Below are positions 34,046-36,031 of a DNA stretch of 36,031 nt, one piece after another. Under the pieces are notes generated by a model, which saw nothing but the letters and a program-made list of their open reading frames with translations, did no database searches and had not been told where the DNA came from. Location: assembly GCA_964544455.1 (NCBI GenBank), contig CAZJCI010000001.1:1-36031 (forward strand). Reading direction: 5' to 3'. Each line of letters begins with the position of its first letter. Positions within the stretch are counted from its first letter, which is position 1. A program made the translations under genes and the position numbers. The stretch comes from an uncultured Oscillospiraceae bacterium. GTDB taxonomy: Bacteria > Bacillota > Clostridia > Oscillospirales > CAG-382.

Positions 34046-35428
34046 TTAAACGGTTTGATTTGCCATATCTTTCTTTTGAAGTCTGTTTTTAATAATAACA
34101 AAAGAAATAATAAGCGCAAGCGTTGTTGTGCACCACGAAACGGGATAAAGCAAAAACAGCGAATCCAACGTATGTATTTTTTGGAATACGGTATATATCC
34201 ACAAAACTCGCAAGCCGCAAGCACCCAACATTGTGCAACACATCGGCGTAATAACGCTTCCCATTCCTCGAAGAGCACCGCTCATAACGTTCATCATTCC
34301 GAGTGAAAAATATATCGGGCACATATATTTTAAACGTATTGTGCCGTATGTAATTGCCGATTCTTCGCCGGGAAGATATATTGAAAGTAACGGATTTGCG
34401 AATTTCAAGGCAAAATATCCGACAACAGCGCCTATAAATATTGAAATGCCCAAGCATATGCCAACAGACTTATTTATTCTGTTATATTTTTTTGCGCCTT
34501 TGTTTTGACCGACAAAGGTTATGCATGCCTGCGCCAAAGAATCCATACCCACGTTTACAAATTGTTCTATGTTTCCCGCTGCGGTACTTCCCGCAAGTAT
34601 GGGTGAAGAGTTGAACGAATTAAGCGCGGTTTGTATAAGCGTATTTGATATTGCAAACAATGCGCTGGATATTCCGGAAGGAAATCCGATTTTTACTATT
34701 TTTTTTAAGCTTTTTGCGTGAAATTTTATATCGCGAAGCCGTAACATACAGCAATCCATACTTTTCATCAGTACAAGCGAAACAAGAACCGCCGATACAT
34801 ATTGCGAAATAACCGTCGCGATAGCAACTCCCGCAACGTCAAGCTTAAAAACAATAACAAAAACCAAATTAAGAACTACGTTTATAATTCCGGAAATCGT
34901 GAGGATAAAAAGTGGACGTTTGGTATCGCCTTTGGCTCTGAGCACTGCCGCAAAAAAATTATATATTAAGTTGGCAGGTGTTCCGATAAAGAATATTTTA
35001 ACATAAAGCGCCGCAAGCGAAATGACCGATTTTGGGGTGGACATAAAATACAGTAACGGTTCCGCTACGAATATTCCGATAATTCCGAGAGCCGTTCCGC
35101 ATGTAATTCCAAGAGCCGCCGCTGTGTGAACGGCTTTCGAAACTTCATCGTATTTTTTTGCGCCCAGTGCGTTTGCAACCGTGACATTAACGCCGACAGC
35201 CATTCCCAAAAATGTGTTTATTACCAAACCCGTCATGGCTCCCGTTGCGCCGACAGCCGAAACCGCGTCTTGCCCGGATTGAGCGAATCGTCCGACAACA
35301 ACAAGGTCCATTGCATTATAAAGAAGTTGTAAAAGTCCCGAAAGTACAAGCGGTATTGCAAAAAAAATAATGTTTCCGAACATTGGACCGTTTGTCATAT
35401 CGACGTTGCGTTTGCGAAATATTCCCAT
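34046..35428 (-). CDS. MATE family efflux transporter
   Basis: Track ORF 34046..35566 starts at a TTG. The ATG at 35428 (MGIFRKRNVDMTNGPMFGNIIFFAIP) has GGAGG 12 nt upstream. The sequence is polytopic and hydrophobic throughout, with a MATE-typical start (PL.LS.LLQ.LYN..D...VG). Confidence 0.9.
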   Translation of the reverse strand: MGIFRKRNVDMTNGPMFGNIIFFAIPLVLSGLLQLLYNAMDLVVVGRFAQSGQDAVSAVGATGAMTGLVINTFLGMAVGVNVTVANALGAKKYDEVSKAVHTAAALGITCGTALGIIGIFVAEPLLYFMSTPKSVISLAALYVKIFFIGTPANLIYNFFAAVLRAKGDTKRPLFILTISGIINVVLNLVFVIVFKLDVAGVAIATVISQYVSAVLVSLVLMKSMDCCMLRLRDIKFHAKSLKKIVKIGFPSGISSALFAISNTLIQTALNSFNSSPILAGSTAAGNIEQFVNVGMDSLAQACITFVGQNKGAKKYNRINKSVGICLGISIFIGAVVGYFALKFANPLLSIYLPGEESAITYGTIRLKYMCPIYFSLGMMNVMSGALRGMGSVITPMCCTMLGACGLRVLWIYTVFQKIHTLDSLFLLYPVSWCTTTLALIISFVIIKNRLQKKDMANQTV

Positions 35429-35468
35429 TATATTATTGTACCTCCATAAAACGTTGTTGCAAAAGTCA

Positions 35469-36031
35469 TTACAATCTTCGCATATGGAATCCGCCGTCGG
35501 CGTTAAATATTGTGCCGGTGCCGAAATCAAACGAACCTTCGGCAAGCGACGAAACCATTTTTGCAATATCTTCGGGAGTACCCCAACGTTTTATGGGAGT
35601 TATTCCTTCTTGAATGAGTTTATCGTATTTTTCCTTTACGGCACCCGTCATATCGGTTGCGATAATTCCGGGCCTGATTTCGAAAACGGGAATATTATAT
35701 TCCGCAAGTCTGTCCGCAAACAATGTTGTTACCATTGTTATTCCTGCTTTCGAAATGCAATATTCTCCGCGAGAAGTTGAAGAAGTATATGCGGACATTG
35801 AGCCTATGTTAATAATTCGGGGAGAATAATCGCAAATATTGTTTAATTCGGAAATCATATAATTTGCACACATTTGCGTTAGAAAAAAAACCGATTTTAA
35901 ATTTGTCGAAAGAACCAAATCAAAGCTTTCTTCTTCGGCAAAAAGTATATCTTTTCTAATCGGAGGAGCTATTCCGGCGTTGTTTACCAAAAGGTCAAGC
36001 CTGCCAAGGGTTTTTGCGCAGTTTAAAAGAT
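35469..36031 (-). CDS. short-chain dehydrogenase/reductase (SDR), N-terminus beyond the right edge
   Basis: The frame stays open to the window end: ...AKTLGRLDLLVNNAGIAPP. SDR motifs present are LVNNAG, the IINIGS region, and a YxxxK as YCISKAG. The stop is 40 nt upstream of the MATE start. Confidence 0.8.
   Translation of the reverse strand, partial: LLNCAKTLGRLDLLVNNAGIAPPIRKDILFAEEESFDLVLSTNLKSVFFLTQMCANYMISELNNICDYSPRIINIGSMSAYTSSTSRGEYCISKAGITMVTTLFADRLAEYNIPVFEIRPGIIATDMTGAVKEKYDKLIQEGITPIKRWGTPEDIAKMVSSLAEGSFDFGTGTIFNADGGFHMRRL

Noticed and set aside
1-36031. Mobile element, prophage, defence island or CRISPR array
   Set aside because: I saw no integrase, transposase or recombinase, no terminal inverted or direct repeats bracketing a segment, no spacer-repeat periodicity, and no compositional break. 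Gene content is overwhelmingly core housekeeping.

Overview
This looks like a chromosomal window from a low-GC Gram-positive anaerobe, probably Clostridia-like. That is inferred from gene content, GGAGG-type RBSs and several TGnTATAAT extended -10 promoters. I count about 29 protein-coding genes, mostly housekeeping.

Layout, left to right:
- A minus-strand sugar operon: secreted unknown, xylose-isomerase-like TIM barrel, GH-A hydrolase, Gfo/Idh/MocA oxidoreductase.
- A small orphan gene with its own promoter, then tepA.
- A 578-bp gene-free control region.
- A plus-strand run: a 1665-aa helicase-derived giant protein, with mreB starting 4 nt after its stop, then tsaB, hpt, a GH29-like hydrolase and mscL.
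- A minus-strand iclR plus compact glycyl-radical-enzyme pair.
- The conserved rimP-nusA-ylxR-ylxQ-infB-rbfA operon.
- Two membrane-anchored unknowns, then murA, recA, recX, an RlmI-like methyltransferase and a DUF1846 protein.
- A minus-strand MATE exporter and a partial SDR.

I saw no rRNA, tRNA, CRISPR array, transposase, integrase or obvious mobile or defence island.

The best candidate for something undescribed is the intact 5-kb ORF at 6934-11931. It keeps the order of a DUF4011 / Upf1-DNA2-like SF1 helicase / DUF559-like nuclease protein, but by eye every catalytic motif is eroded. It is about 4% cysteine and sits directly upstream of a bona fide, stand-alone mreB.

Secondary leads:
- An orphan short glycyl radical enzyme with a divergent Gly-radical motif and no activase nearby.
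- A YycH/YycI-like membrane pair without WalRK, placed between rbfA and murA.
- A 20-bp perfect terminator hairpin 27 nt upstream of the tepA start codon.
- A terminator/anti-SD hairpin in the rimP-nusA leader.
- Lineage-specific insertions in NusA and IF2.

All family assignments come from reading motifs by eye; no searches were run.
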